Shown here: piece after piece, positions 41,216-55,400 of the stretch
Position numbering within the stretch: position 1 is the first letter of the stretch
Layout of the letters: every line of letters starts with the position of its first letter
DNA from: Adineta vaga
Lineage: Eukaryota > Animalia > Rotifera
Length of the DNA stretch: 64,000 nucleotides
Assembly (NCBI GenBank): GCA_021613535.1
Contig: CP075493.1
Span: 3,596,001-3,660,000, forward strand
Reading direction: 5' to 3'
Position numbers and translations under genes: made by a program
The notes under the pieces: generated by a model
Seen by the model: only the letters and a program-made list of their open reading frames with translations
The model's database searches: none
What the model was told of the DNA's origin: nothing

Positions 41216-42777
41216 CTATACACATGAATTGATTGTATTATTCCAAACAGTTCCATTTGCACAATCACAATTATTCGGCGTTGGATTATTCCAAACCATA
41301 TTTCCAGGACATATACAATGTCCTAAATGACACACAAGATTACTTGAACAAGCGTATTGACCTGGACATGTCCCATTGAATGAATGTCGAATAATACATC
41401 GTTGTCCATCCCAAAAATTGCCTGCTTGACAATCACATATGTATGCATACGACGTAACATAACAATCACAACCAGTACTAACACTTGGACATGAAAGATT
41501 CACCGTTGTATTACATTGGAAATCATACTGACAAGAAATTGAATATGTTTTCTATTGAAAAGACAATAAAGATAGTGTAAAGTATCATGTTTTTCAAAAA
41601 ATAACCTTTTGTTCACACCAAAATGTCGTAATATTATCCCAATAACTATAAAAATCACATACACAAATACCCGATTGACATGAAAGACCTCGTAGAGGAT
41701 CACATGGTTTCGTTAGATTACATGATTCTCCTCCAAGAGCTTCTATAGAAATAGACCAGCTGTTACGAAATGAAATCTATTCATAAATGAAATTTACTCT
41801 GTGCACAGGTTACTCCATCCCAGTATGTTGTTGAATCACAAACACATCGGGCAGCTTATAGACGAACAAGGGGAAAAAAGACAAAACTTTATTGATTATT
41901 TCCATGAAAAAATATCTAGTCTTACTTCCTGCAACATTTGCACATGAGAGACCTAACCAATCTTGACAATCATATTTACTCTTACATGGACTATTGTATG
42001 TTAATCGAGGAACACAATTACCATGATTTACACCACCAGATGTATCCAAATAAGTGGTATTGTCACATGTACAAATATCTTGACCAGTTGTATATTTTTG
42101 ATTTACCGTAGTAAGACATGTTAATGTTGGTCGGCATGGTATAGTATTACAAGGATCACCGAAATAACCATCGCCTTGACAAGTAAGACCAGTCCATGTT
42201 TCAAATAGTCCACATGAACAATTTTGAGCTGTTGTATTCCATTTAAAATTACCTATACATATACATTTACCAGCTGGACACCAAAGCATACGTGTTGCAT
42301 CACATGACCGAGAATTCATATAACATTCTTCATTATAAAGTAAAAATGGTTGAGTTATTACTTTCGGTAAAGATATCCAATAAGCTAGGCCGCCTGAAAA
42401 GCAAGATTTTATGATTAACAATATATATTCAAACTTTAGAGTCTCATGCACTGTTACTTACCAATGCCTGCAGCTAATGCTACTAGAATGGTACCCAATG
42501 CCAATGCTATTTGCCATCTTCGAGTTAAACATTTCTTTTTACTTGCTAATTCTGATCGTCGTGCTTTTCTTAATAATTGTTCATTAATAAATTCGACTTG
42601 CATAACTGTTTGTTCTTCAACTCCACCATCTTTTTCCAAGAGTTGTGGAAATCGAATATCTTTTGTAGATATATCAGATGTTTCTCGTAAAAATCGATTA
42701 GTACTCGATTTACCATCGACATAGTTTGGAGATATTAAACGTTGATGAGAAAATGTTGAAATTAGTGATCCACTCAT
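41216..42777 (-). CDS. Type II membrane protein with Cys-rich EGF/EB-like repeats, multi-exon
   Basis: Cytoplasmic N-terminus, TM segment (WQIALALGTILVALAAGIGGLAYW), then repeated CxC...W...C modules across several GT-AG-joined exons. Confidence 0.8.
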
Positions 42778-43420
42778 GTTTTTCAAGTTATTCGAATATA
42801 CATTAGTCGATAAAAATCAAATCAGTTCAGCATACACTTCTATGTTTTGTTTTCTTTTTATTTATTTCTCTTAATAATTGTAAACTATGTTTGATCAATC
42901 GTTAACAATAATTTGAAGAAAAATATGGCAACGCCTTTATGACATTTCGTATGTTTAATATGATGATGACATATAAACGACATATGTCGATTTTTTTTGA
43001 CAAATAAAGAAAGATTACTTCTTTTATTTGCCAATACATTAACTTCAATTAGACTTTGGTTGTATATCTATCTTCATAAGAAATAGAAATTAGGGTGAGG
43101 ACGAGTTTGTAAGTTGTATAAAAACATCGGTATGAATGTCATCAAATTTTCATTTTATCAATGTGTTGTTGAAGTTGTACAAAAGACATTATCGATATAG
43201 CATCTTCATCTTCAATGGTATAAGAATAACTTTGACAAAAACATTCGCAATTTATCGTTGTTTCTTTGTTTATTAATGAAACAAATAATACAACAACAAT
43301 ACACAAACTGTTTTACACTTCAAATAAACAAATAGCATAGAAAATAAATCGGAAAAAATCAACTGTACAAATGTGTGTGATAAATCATAACAATGAGAAT
43401 TACAAAAAGATAGATATGAC

Positions 43421-46400
43421 CTAGTTAGAATCTGCAGATGCTGAATTCGTTTGAACAGGTTTGGTTTGATTGTAATAATCAGGCAAAAGTTTAAGACGAT
43501 TCAAAATTTGATCAAGTATTATTGATGATAATGGTTCAATAGAAAACCAAAGTGAATCCTCGAGAACTTGTCGAGGTTGTGGATTTAAATAGAAAACATC
43601 AGCTGTACCACGTATTTGTTCAGGACTAAAAGATAAATCTAGTTTTTTAAAATCGAATTTTCAAGAAAAATAATTTACCATTTTGAAACGTAAAAATCAT
43701 ATTGTTTTATTGGACAACGAACTGGATCATTGATGTGTTCCATAATTTCATAAACAGTTGGAGAATCTGCCAAAGATTTTAAATCTTCATGTTTCAAAAA
43801 GAGAGAAGAAATTAGAATACAGATTTATTTTTATCAGAAAAAAATGTAATAAATATACCAGGATTATAAGCATAAAATCTCAGATAATTGATTTGTTGCC
43901 CTTGTGGTAAACTCGTCGAAAGACGTCCCCATTGTGAATATTTACCAAAATTTGCAAAGGATATCGTTAAATGTGATTCAATCGTTTTCAAATTAAAACA
44001 TTTAGTATTTGTATAGATCAGTGTGGTTAACACTGACCATGGTGTTAGTGTACCTAATTGATGGACATCATATAACAAATCTTCGTCAATCAATGAAACA
44101 TAATTATTTGCTAAAAATAGAACAATTCAGATGATTATCATAAGTTCAGAATCGAATAAAACTTACAACTAGTGGAAAGACGTGGTGAGTGATTTAAAAG
44201 AATTTTATTTAATGTTGAATTAAATTCTGCATAACGTGGATTGAATAGATCGATTTGACGATTATTGAAGTTTAAATAAAATTGTATACCTAAGAAACGG
44301 GTTAAAAGTTAATGAAGATTTTTAATCAATAAGTTGTAAAATATACCTAAACAAAGGTAGAATATACTTTCTGGTAAATATTCATGACCTGTTGGACGTC
44401 GAACTTCAGTAATGAATATGCTCATAACATGTTGTAATTCATCTGCATTCGTATATGTAAGTAAATCTGATTTAATCAACTGTTCAGGTGTTGTAATGGA
44501 AAGTGATGGAGATAGAATAGATCCATTACGTTGTGCACACCATTGTTGAAAAGCTTCAACACCATAAGTCCATTTAAGTCGATATTCAGCATCCGGTAAC
44601 ATTCGAAGAAGCTATATATAGAAATGGAAGATTTCTATCAATAGAAAGTGTTCTTTTATATATGTACTTTTTGAACTTCAGGATCATTTGATGTTATTGG
44701 ATCGATGTAATGTGCTTCTAAATCCAATTCAGGTAAATTTGCCATCATTTGAACTATTCTCAAATAACAATCTAATGAAAACAAAACAAAACAAAACAGA
44801 AGCTGTATCTGTATATGTAGTAGAAGAGATGAACAAACCATCGCCAGTGATATCCATCGTCATTATCGATTCATTCATATGATTTAATGTTGTCTGTTGT
44901 GGTTGATTTTCTGCTCGTACAAGACTTTCTGCATGTAAAACAAGTGCTGCTTCGAATGGGTCATCTGGTAAGAGATCACGTTGACTCTAAAATCAGATTT
45001 AAGTTTCAATACGATAGAAATGATCGATTCGAAGTCGACTTACTTGAAGATATTCTCGAATACTTTTATAAGCTTTTTTTGACACTGGTATCATAATTGG
45101 TACGAAAACAGGTACAGGAATAGGGACTGCAGTTGGTTTGAATAATCGATAACTTGGTGTTGGTGACGGAAGATAGATTGGTACAGGTAATGTGAGAAGA
45201 GGTACATCGGGAATCATATGTTCTATTTCTAAATCAGACAACTACATGTGAGATCATGTTGATTTGACACAAAAGAATCAAACCTGTTTGTGTAGCCACA
45301 GTACATCGTGTTGGTTTAGCTTCGACTTCTCGTTCAAATACTAATGGTTTACACATAGTCATTTTATTTCTCATTATGGATGGATTTGCAATTTGTTGTG
45401 GCATAATCAGTGGTACATGGGATTTGACATGATACAGCTCATCATCTGGCCAACGTGGTTCTTTCTTATTTTGAACTGTTGTTGCACGTAATTCAGCAAC
45501 TGTACGTGGTTTTCTACTTGCTCCAGCTAATGTTATGGAAGACGTAGTCGATGAAGCTTGTGATTGTTGTGATAGACGTGGATAATCCATCAAACGATAC
45601 GGTATATCATCTTCATCATCATCTACTTTATGTAAAGGCATTGATGACGGTGTTGGAGTTAATGGATTTCCATGTTCATCACGATCTAGTAAGGGGAATG
45701 TAACAAAATCAGCATCTTGCTTTGGTTTTGGAACACGTGCTGAACGTCGTGTTGGACCGAGATTATCATTACTATTTATGGAATAGGATAATGGAGATGA
45801 ATCAAGATCAGAATCAATTTCATCACCGGAGGAATGACGACGAGAACGATTTCTAGATATTAAAAAAAGGAGATATTGAAAATGAAATAGTCCTTTATAA
45901 TATTTACGGAAACCAAGAGAGTGGCCGCCGTTGAGAAGATTGATGTTGATGTCCGATTGTTGATGGAGTTGTTGTTTGTTGATGTTTATTTGGCATGAGT
46001 CCAATACGATCGTGATATTGTCCTTGTCCAATTGTAGGTGGTATCGATGATGTAGGTCGTCCGAAAAACATTCGATCATCATTTACCAATTGTTCTTGCA
46101 TAGGCTTGCGAATTTTTGATCCACTATTTGATAGTATTGTTGATTTGACAGCCGTACCGGGTCGACCACTACTAACAACAGATGCGTTACCGTATGTATT
46201 TGTAGTACGAGTATGGCGTGTATTTAATGAAGCAATATGAGAATTTGACTGAGTATCATTGGCAGCTTGTTGATGATACTTTTGCTCCATTGCAAGTGGT
46301 ACAATATTATCAAGTGGATTTTGAATCAATGATTTTAGTTCTTGAAGAAGAATTGCTGATGATGATTGAGATGCAGATATGTTAGAAGAACTTGATGATG

Positions 46401-46882
46401 TTTCCATAGGAGTAGGAATAGTTAATAATTCGATAGTTTGACCGACGCTAGGTATATCTTGAGAAAATCAGAGAAAGAGATAAGTCTATTGCGCTATAGA
46501 TCGATGACAAAAAATCATCATAATATTTTGAATAAGTAGGTATCTATTCTAACGTTATCTCACTGTGTATTATATTACTTACATGCTTTTCCTGTTTTGT
46601 TCAGTTCTTCAAGAAATTCATGCATTTCTGGTTCTGTCATTGAACTAAGAACTGCTTGTAGTGATGCATCATCAACAACATTTATTTGTTGTTCTTTTAC
46701 TGATGTATTCATTGTCATCGCTTCATTTAATGAAGTTGATGGTTCTGTATTTTTTCCTGTTGGAACTAAATAACATGATTCATTCTACTAAAAGATAATA
46801 TCATCACATAGTTCATACGTTTAGTTTGTTCTTCATTTGAAATCTTTGTAGTTATTGTGCTTTCTGTTATGTCTTCGGCCAT
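43421..46882 (-). CDS. WOC/ZMYM2-3-4-like protein with DUF3504 domain, multi-exon
   Basis: MRNKMTMCKP...VATQT, a Pro-rich VPIYLP...PVPVFVP segment, LKWTYGVEAFQQW, EVRRPTGHEYLPESIFYLCLGIQ, QLGTLTPWSVLTTLIYTNTKCF, RCPIKQYDFYVSK, VFYLNP, WFS. Confidence 0.85.
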
Positions 46883-47045
46883 ATCTTCAACAAAAGTATA
46901 CAGAGATATATATATATAAAAAGAAAAAAAAACATTTTCTCAACAAATTATTTTCATAAAGATGAAAAAAAACACCATAACACAGAAATATATCACAAAA
47001 TTTCTTTTTTTATCGTGAATACTCTAACACAGAACAAAAAAATGA

Positions 47046-47853
47046 CTAGTAGAACGAAACAGCATGTAATACAATTCGTTTAGTTTTCTCTTCAAATTCT
47101 GAGAGTATATCATCAATTGCATTGTCTAAATCATTTGTTGATTCCAACTAAAAACAAACGATTTTGAAAATTAGTTGTTTCATTCTCAAGATGTTTTCTT
47201 TTCTTTTACCTTTTGTGCTAATTCACAAAGCATAAATGCACCAAGTGTTGCATCTTCTGGATTATCAATGACATCAATGTTAATAATATGAACAATTTCA
47301 TTCGTTCGTTTTTCTCGATTTTCTAAATCTAAAAGACATCAAAACATCATTTCTTGTTTTCTCATAAATTATATATACATTGTAATATTTACCTTCAAGA
47401 ACTTGATCAAATATTCGTTCTTCAACAGTAAATATCACATCAAAACGTTCACGACTATCTTGAAAACGTTCAGGCTTTTCTTTTATTCGACGATTTCGAT
47501 CCAGCATATGAAGGACACCATTTTGTGTATAACTTCAATAAACTTTAAACTTCACTTTTATAGATACAACAAAAACGATTATACATACAAATTCGTATCT
47601 TTATTATATAAATCTTTGTACATAAATTCATATGGAGTATCAAATGTGTAGACATTAGGTTTTTCAAGAGATGTTCCAGGTAGTTTGACTTGTTGACCTG
47701 AACCGTATGATTTGACTAGAAGACCACGTTTACTAAACTTATTGACATGTTAACATCGATATCAAACAGAGGATATTCATACCTCATGAAGTTATGTGCT
47801 TCCATACTACGATTTTGATTTGAAGAACAAACAACAGCGAAACGATATGGCAT
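47046..47853 (-). CDS. SSU72: RNA polymerase II CTD phosphatase SSU72, multi-exon
   Basis: AVVCSSNQNRSMEAH catalytic motif, VKLPG, MLDRNRRIKEKPERFQ, DNPEDATLGAF, ending LHAVSFY*. Confidence 0.95.
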
Positions 47854-47976
47854 TATTCAGATCTAAAAATAATAAACTAAGTTTAGGACATTGAAAAAAA
47901 ACAAAATGATCAACAAGAGTATAAAAGCTGGAATAAAAAATATTTTCGAAGGTTAAAAAAAAAGACTTCGCTTTTA

Positions 47977-48710
47977 TCAATTCTTTTTTATACCAATTAC
48001 ACCACAAGCCACTCGACCACCTGCATTGCCTGTTTTTTTCGAATCGGCTGAATTTCCACGACCTAAATCATCTTCTTTTTCATGAACAACAATTGAACGG
48101 CCAATAATTGATCGTGGACCAGTTAATTTAATGACTGAATCTTTAAAATTAAATTTAGCGACATTACCGGAACCACCAGTAATATTTCCTACAAATTCAA
48201 AGTCAAGAAATTTCAATCATACGAAGTATACACTCATTACCAAGATCGCCAACATGACGAAGTTGATCTTGTGGACCGGCATGTTCATTATTGTCTGGAT
48301 TGTAATGAGCACCTAGATTAACATTAGAATTGAGTATGATATACAAAAAGACTTCTCTCTATGTGCGACAAGCAATACATTCTATCCTAGTTTTCATTAT
48401 CACTTTTCGTAAGTATCAAAATCATTTACTCAAAATTTTCGTTTCACTTCCAATTATTACCAGCAGAAGTACATCCATTTGTAGTATCACCAAATTCATG
48501 TATATGAAATCCACGTTTTTGTTTATCTGGTATATTTTTAATTTCACCACTAACAGTGACTACTCCATCAGTTGTTTCAACAAAATCAACATGACCATAG
48601 ACTTGTCCACTACTTGGATCAGCCAGTACAGCAACTGCATGAACACCTGGTGTTCCCAATACAGGTACATTCTTAACTGTATCGGTCATTTTTTGTGTAA
48701 TACCACCCAT
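47977..48710 (-). CDS. SOD1: Cu/Zn superoxide dismutase (3 exons)
   Basis: [23 protein letters not shown]...HAGP...[42 protein letters not shown]. Confidence 0.95.
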
Positions 48711-48861
48711 GTCTTATTTATCTTTTATTTTCTTTTAATCTAAAAACACAATGAGAAAAAAAGAACACAAATCAGTATCTCAATGTTTTTTTAGGAAAAA
48801 GAAAACAAAAACAAAACAAAACAACTGAAACAAAGAAAGAAATCTCGTTTTAATTTCTTCA

Positions 48862-51229
48862 TTAAGTACCAAAACGTTTTCGTTTTAATGCTGGTGGTAA
48901 ACACTGTTCAACAATGGATGGTAATAATTCCACAACGAATAATTGTGTTGAGGATAAGAGTGTTACATGTAAAAGATATTTAAATTGTTTACAAACATGA
49001 ATAGGTGAATTTGTTTGATTTGTATTATTGAAAATTTTTGTATAAGTTCCCGGCATTTTCTTTCCACGTTCAATAATACTTAAATATGTTGAATCAATAA
49101 CAAAAAGTTTCTCTTTTGTATCATAGAATAAATTAATAATTGGACTTCGTTCCGAAAACCATTGTAATGGCATTCGTTTTAAATATTTACGTGTCCAATC
49201 CGAATATTCATTCTGTTGAATATCATATTCAATAATCGATCGATCAGCATAAGCACATGCTAAACGATCATTAGCAAATGACATTGCTGTACATTGATAT
49301 GTTTCTTGTGGTAATTGTGCAAGAATATGATAGGTTGAATTGAGATAAATTGTTACATGTCCATAACGATCTGCTGTAGCGATATATTTTGATGAAACTT
49401 CAAAATGAAGTGTTGATGGCAAACAGGAAATAATTCGATTAAGTTTATAAGGTGTTAAAGAAAAACAATATAATTGACTACGAGAATTTAATGCAAATAA
49501 TGAAGATGATTGAAAACGTAACTGAAGAATATTCTTAATCGATGAAAATGATTGATCCATATTTTGTTCATCGGAATAGGTTTTAATTGGAATAACACTC
49601 AATTGTGATTGTGGATCTAAACCTAGAGACAAACAAATTTAATCAATTCAAAATTCGTCGTATGAATGAATTCAATTACCTTGAACAACATAAACATGTA
49701 AACCAATTGTATCACCCATTGCAATTGTTACTTGTTCATCCGTTTTCGTTTTCTTAATTGCCATTGCTACAGTATCAATTCGAGCTTGATGTGTCGTCTT
49801 AATTTGAACAAGATTTTTTGGTGCACGTTCGAGAATATCTTCTCCATTCTCATTCATACCACCTTCTTTTCCTATTGACCATAATTCAATATAATCTCGA
49901 TATGTAAAAAGAAAATAATTTCCTTTTTGATGAATTTTATTTCGATGTTGAGTAAAATTAAAACATTTTCGCCAGAGAACAGGTGGCTTGGAATTATCAC
50001 GAACAATATCATGAACAAGTAATCGTGCATCAAGACCACCAGATATTAACATTAATTTATTACTTAAATTATGTTCTTTATTACGTAGAGAAGCAAAACG
50101 TGATGGAATTAATGCTAATGAACGTACATCATGTGAATGAGAATGAATCGAGATTGTTTTAATCCATTGTTTTGTTGAATCAGTTGTTGGTAATGTTGTC
50201 GATGCTGTTGTTACTGTTGATTTTGGTGAAACAAGTTCGATACGAACGATAACAGAATCAACACCAGAACAGAATAATGTTTGTTCATCAGATGATAATG
50301 CCATACAAAGTACATCAGCACGATGGGTTTGAAATGATCTAAGAAATAAGAACAAATGAATTCAACATATGAAAAGTTAAGGATGGGTGTGGCAAATGAA
50401 TTCATGACATCCTAATCTAGATTATAGATCAAATTGATATTAATTTCATAACCTACCGAATTAATGTTCCATAGACAGCATCCCAAACACATGTTCGACC
50501 TGATGAATCACCACTAAAAACCGTATAATCATCGGTAACAGCTAAACACCAAATAATTGTATCTTTTTGTCCACGTCGATTCGATGTTGATGATAATTTT
50601 CCTACATTAATTTGTTGAATTGTACGTTTTTGTCTTGTTGAACATATATAAATTCGATTGATACTTCCAGCAACCAAAAAATCATCATCATTTGTATGCC
50701 ATGCTAATGAAACAATACGTGCAGCTTGTTTACATACCGACATAGCTAAAGAGAATTGACTAGCATCCTAAACAAATCGTATTCATAGATAAATCACATC
50801 TCAAATAAAGAAATGTTTTACTTCATCAAGTTGATAAACATTGACATGTCCAGTTTCTGTTCCTACAGCAATTCGTCGTGTTGCTTCATGTTTTGCAATA
50901 CTCCAAATTGCTCCACCAGCAGCATGACATGATGTTAAAATTTCAAATGTTATTGGATCATAGGCAATTAATTGACCATCTAAACCAGCTGTAATCAAAT
51001 ATTTATCTAACCAAATAATCAATTCAGGTGAATGTGATGCATTTCGAGGTTGAATGGTACGTTCAAGTGTAAATGAATCATGACTATTCCATAATTCTAT
51101 GGAATGATCAGAACGAAGAACTGCTAATAGATGATTTGGTGATGAACTATGTTGATGATGAGATAGACATAGAATTGATGAAAGACGTGGCTTATAGAGA
51201 TGAGTACGATGTACGAGAAAATCACACAT
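48862..51229 (-). CDS. UTP4: U3 snoRNP-associated WD40 protein UTP4 (cirhin), 4 exons
   Basis: WD40 repeats, HRADVLCMA, HSHDVRSL, and the C-terminal LPPALKRKRFGT characteristic of UTP4/CIRH1A. Confidence 0.92.
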
Positions 51230-52458
51230 GTTTCCCTATTGATTGAAAGTTTTCTAAATCTGAGGATTTTAAACGAAACGAAAATATTTTACGTTAATGT
51301 ATATGTGTGTGTTTTGAACATTAAATCTGATTCGTCGTCAATATGTGAACCAATTGATGGGTTATGTACATTTCAATATTAAAAACTTCGATTTCATATT
51401 TTTAAATATGAAATAATTTTTTTGTTCTTAAATAAAATTTCTTTTTTCATATTTATATAGATGTCGTTAGATTTAAGAAAGATTATCTAGTCAAATAATT
51501 GGTCGCTTTCTTTTACCGATATCAATATGTTAATCTCGAATATCATTCATATCGGTTAAGTAAGAACAGAAAAGATTTACTTGTATTGTATCTTTGATCA
51601 ATAATAATAAATGGTTGTCATTTAGATCAAGTGTAAGGAACTATTTCTTGTACGCCCTTATCAATAAAACTGACATCCACTAACTCGATGAAATACTATT
51701 GGAATCAATACTAGCATTTGTTGACATGTGATGACGATAGTAGACCACCCACCTCGACTACAACTCATCGCTATATTCATTCATTTATTTATAGGTTTGA
51801 GTAATATAGACATCTGGAAAGATGATGAAAATACAAGCAGTGACATTCATCACGTTTATGGTTGAATCATATTGACATTTAGGAAATGATATCGATTATA
51901 CTTGTCACTCTAATTGAAATGAAGTCAAGCATTTATCAAATACGATTCGTGATCGTGTCGAACGACAAGTGTGATATTCTCTAGAGATAAATATTTTGTC
52001 AAAGAAAAAGCCAAGTTTGATATACGACAACCTACGTACTGATAAGACATTTCTGTCATAGTAAACACGTCCTCACATTCTTGACCTCGTATAACGAACA
52101 TAAACTTTTAGTATACGTCTGAGACATCTCATATTATCAACAGGAGGAAAATAGATATGTTCGTACAATTATTCAGCTTTATTACATTATTTATTGTATT
52201 TAATTTACATGCATACATATACACATTGCTATCGGTCAACGTAAGGGAAAAAGGTAACAAAAAAGGACGGACCTTATAAATACAAACAAAACGAAGAAAT
52301 CGAATATAGAAAAGAAAAATGTTTTATTTGTTAGGTTTCTATATATTTGTTTAAGGTTTGTTTTGTTTTCTCAAAAATTGTTTTTTTTATCAGTGTGAAG
52401 ATTATTTATATACGTGAAGAAGATATTATCACAGAAGATCTAGTTTTGCTCATATGAT

Positions 52459-55400
52459 TTAGCTAATAGCTTTCAATGGTTCTGTTGAAACGACTGTCGG
52501 TGATGGAAATTGTCGTTGAAGAATCGAGAGAACAGAAGCAACATCTTCAGTTAATTTCGTTTCTAATATTGTTAATCGTCTAGAAAAATATTGATAAGAT
52601 ATTTTCTTCAATAACATAAGAAAAAAGATTGATTTACTTCGTCAATTCTTGTAGTCGATATTCGACACTTGATTGATAGGGATCAAATGTTGATGATTGA
52701 TTTGTCTAAAAGAAAATTGTTTTCGTCAAAAACAAAACCTTTTCAATCATTTTTTATGTTACAAACCATTGGAATTAATTCATCATTTACTGCTGTAAAT
52801 GACGAACGATGAAAAGCATTCAGTAATGATTGATTACCTAAAAAGAAAATTCTATCAAAATAAAGAATGTCTCGATGACATGAAAAATATACCATGAAGC
52901 ATCGATGCACCACTAAAAGATTTTTCTCGACGATCACGACGTCGTGCACCTATTGTACCAAATTCCAAATTAGCTGGAGTTATATCTTGACCAGCTAATT
53001 GTGGATTGAATTCAAGTATACCTTTGAAAGAAAATTCCAAATTTATTCAATATGATTAGTGTCTACATTAGACTTGTTTTTTTTTCTTATTTGGACAAAA
53101 CCAGCTGTTAAACAGGGTCGATTATCCTTTCGAAAGACATCAATTTTGGTCTCAGATGCTCAAATGATATTTCATATCGTCGATCGTATTTCATCTCATA
53201 AATAAATAATTATTCGCAAGTCAAACATACAATTAAATTAATGATCAATTAGCTAGCGATAAATAGCAAAAAATATTCAACAATCTAATAGCATTCATTA
53301 TAATTGCTTGATAAAAATTTCCTTCTAAGTACATTTATATTTTATTGTGAAGAGATATTGTTTGAAAAACAAAATCTACGTACAGTGACGTTGTTAGGGT
53401 TTTTTTAACGTGAGATGACTTTTAAGAATAACACTATGATAAGAACTTGTTTATTTTCTTTTCTTTCGAGACAAGTCTGATGAAGAATCGTTGTGTTAGC
53501 AAACTAGAGAAAAGGACAACTCTGTGATGTGCAAAAAATATAGGCAGTCATATCAGCGAAGAAGGAAAAATGCAGTAAACAAACTCTTGTTTTCTGCCTC
53601 TTCTTTTACGCCTCTTACTCAGGTCATTCACGTCATACGCTCGGTATCGGCTGACTAACGTATGAATGTCGATCTTTTTTTCCCTTCGATGTACGAAGAT
53701 ATCTCTCTATATATAAGGAGTGGTGTAAAGGAATGTGTGCATGTTTGTTCGCCTTTTCATCGGAGACAAGATAACGTTTCCCCCTGTGTCTACGATGTAC
53801 TGTTCATGGAAAGATATTTTTGGATACACGACCGAGAATAAGAAAGCGCAATAATGTTTCTATTCTTCATAATTTTTTCCAGATTTTCTCATTTCAACGT
53901 ATCCTATTTGCAACTGTATAGATCAAACTAATGGCAGATACACAACAACAATCCGCAGTTGTTTCTGATGTCCATACAGAAGTGAAAGAAACTAATACAC
54001 AAGGTAAATCATTTGTTCTCTGATGTTATAATCTAACTGATTTACAAATTATGATTGTTTTCAATAGATCAAAATGTCGAACAAAAAGGTAGCAAAGGAT
54101 CAAATTTTCATATTATATATGTTTATCTATTCGTATTTAAAAGGTGCCGAAGTGAAAGCTGCAGCAAGTGAAGTTGTTGATGCAACAAAAGAGAAAGCTG
54201 CTGAAGTGAAAGATGCAGTACAAACAGCAGCTGATGATGTAAAACCTGTCGTTAATGATGCGAAAGAAGTTGGTATGTATTTTCTTCTTTTTACTTTGAA
54301 TTATTCAATTAATTAACGGAGTAAAAGTTTTAGTAGGAGAGCATATACTTATTTATTTAGACGAACATTGACTTTCCATAGAAAGAACAAGGGAAAAAAC
54401 CAATTTATTAATAACCCAAGGGAGAGTTAGTTTTTCATCCGAAACGTCTCTGAAGAAGAATGTTTATTTTCTTAGATATGATTACAACCTAGAATTTATC
54501 ACTATATAAAATTTTTGTTATCTATTTTTAGGTGCTCAACTTGTTGGTGAAGCAAAAGATGCAGTAGAGAAAAAGGTTGACGAAGCAAAAGAAGCTGGTG
54601 CACAATTAGCCAATGATGTATCACAAAAAACTGAAGAAGTTAAACAAGTTGCCCAAGAAAAAGTCGATCAAGCGAAAGAAACAGGAGCTCAATTAGCAGA
54701 TGATGCAGCAAACAAAGCAGAAGAAGCAAAAACTACGATTGTTGAAACAGCAATTCATGCAAAAGATGTTGCAGTTGAAAAAGCTCAAGAACTTGGACAT
54801 GCTGTTAGTATTCAACTCAAGTTTTTTATCTCGGAGATTCATTCCTTTCTTTTAGGTTGCCGAATCCGTACAAGCCGTTCCTTCAGCTGTAGCTGGTGCT
54901 GCTAACTTAGTAGGCGAACAACTTGCAGCTGCTGGACAATGGGTAAGTTTCTCTATAAGAGAAAGGATTCTTTGAATTTGAACAAAATTTTTTCTAGACT
55001 GCAGAAAAAGCAACTGAAGTCGGATCAGCTGTTGTTCATTCAGCAGAAGAAGCATTACAAAGGTACTCTTTTTTAATCAGGAAGTTTTCTCGTTAAATGT
55101 AGATGTTTATTTAGTCTTGCTGGATTAGCGACGGCTGCGAAAGACAAAGGTAAACTTTAGTATACCGTTAAAATAGAAGAAAACTCTTAGTTTCTATTTG
55201 ATCTGCAGTGACTGAAGTAGTTAGTCAAGCTATAGATAAAGGTAGATATATCATTTTATTCTAACGTGTCAATGCTTAAATTTTTGTCTATTTCACAGGT
55301 ACTGAACTGGAAGAGCAAGCAGCAGAAAACGTTGAAGACGCAAAAGATAAAGCTAGTGAATTAGCTGCTGATGCCAAAGAAAAAGGCGAAGGTCAGTATT

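Noticed and set aside
48690-48710. N-myristoylation of SOD via its MGG start
   Set aside because: No Ser/Thr at position 6, and a second in-frame ATG follows; evidence is too weak.
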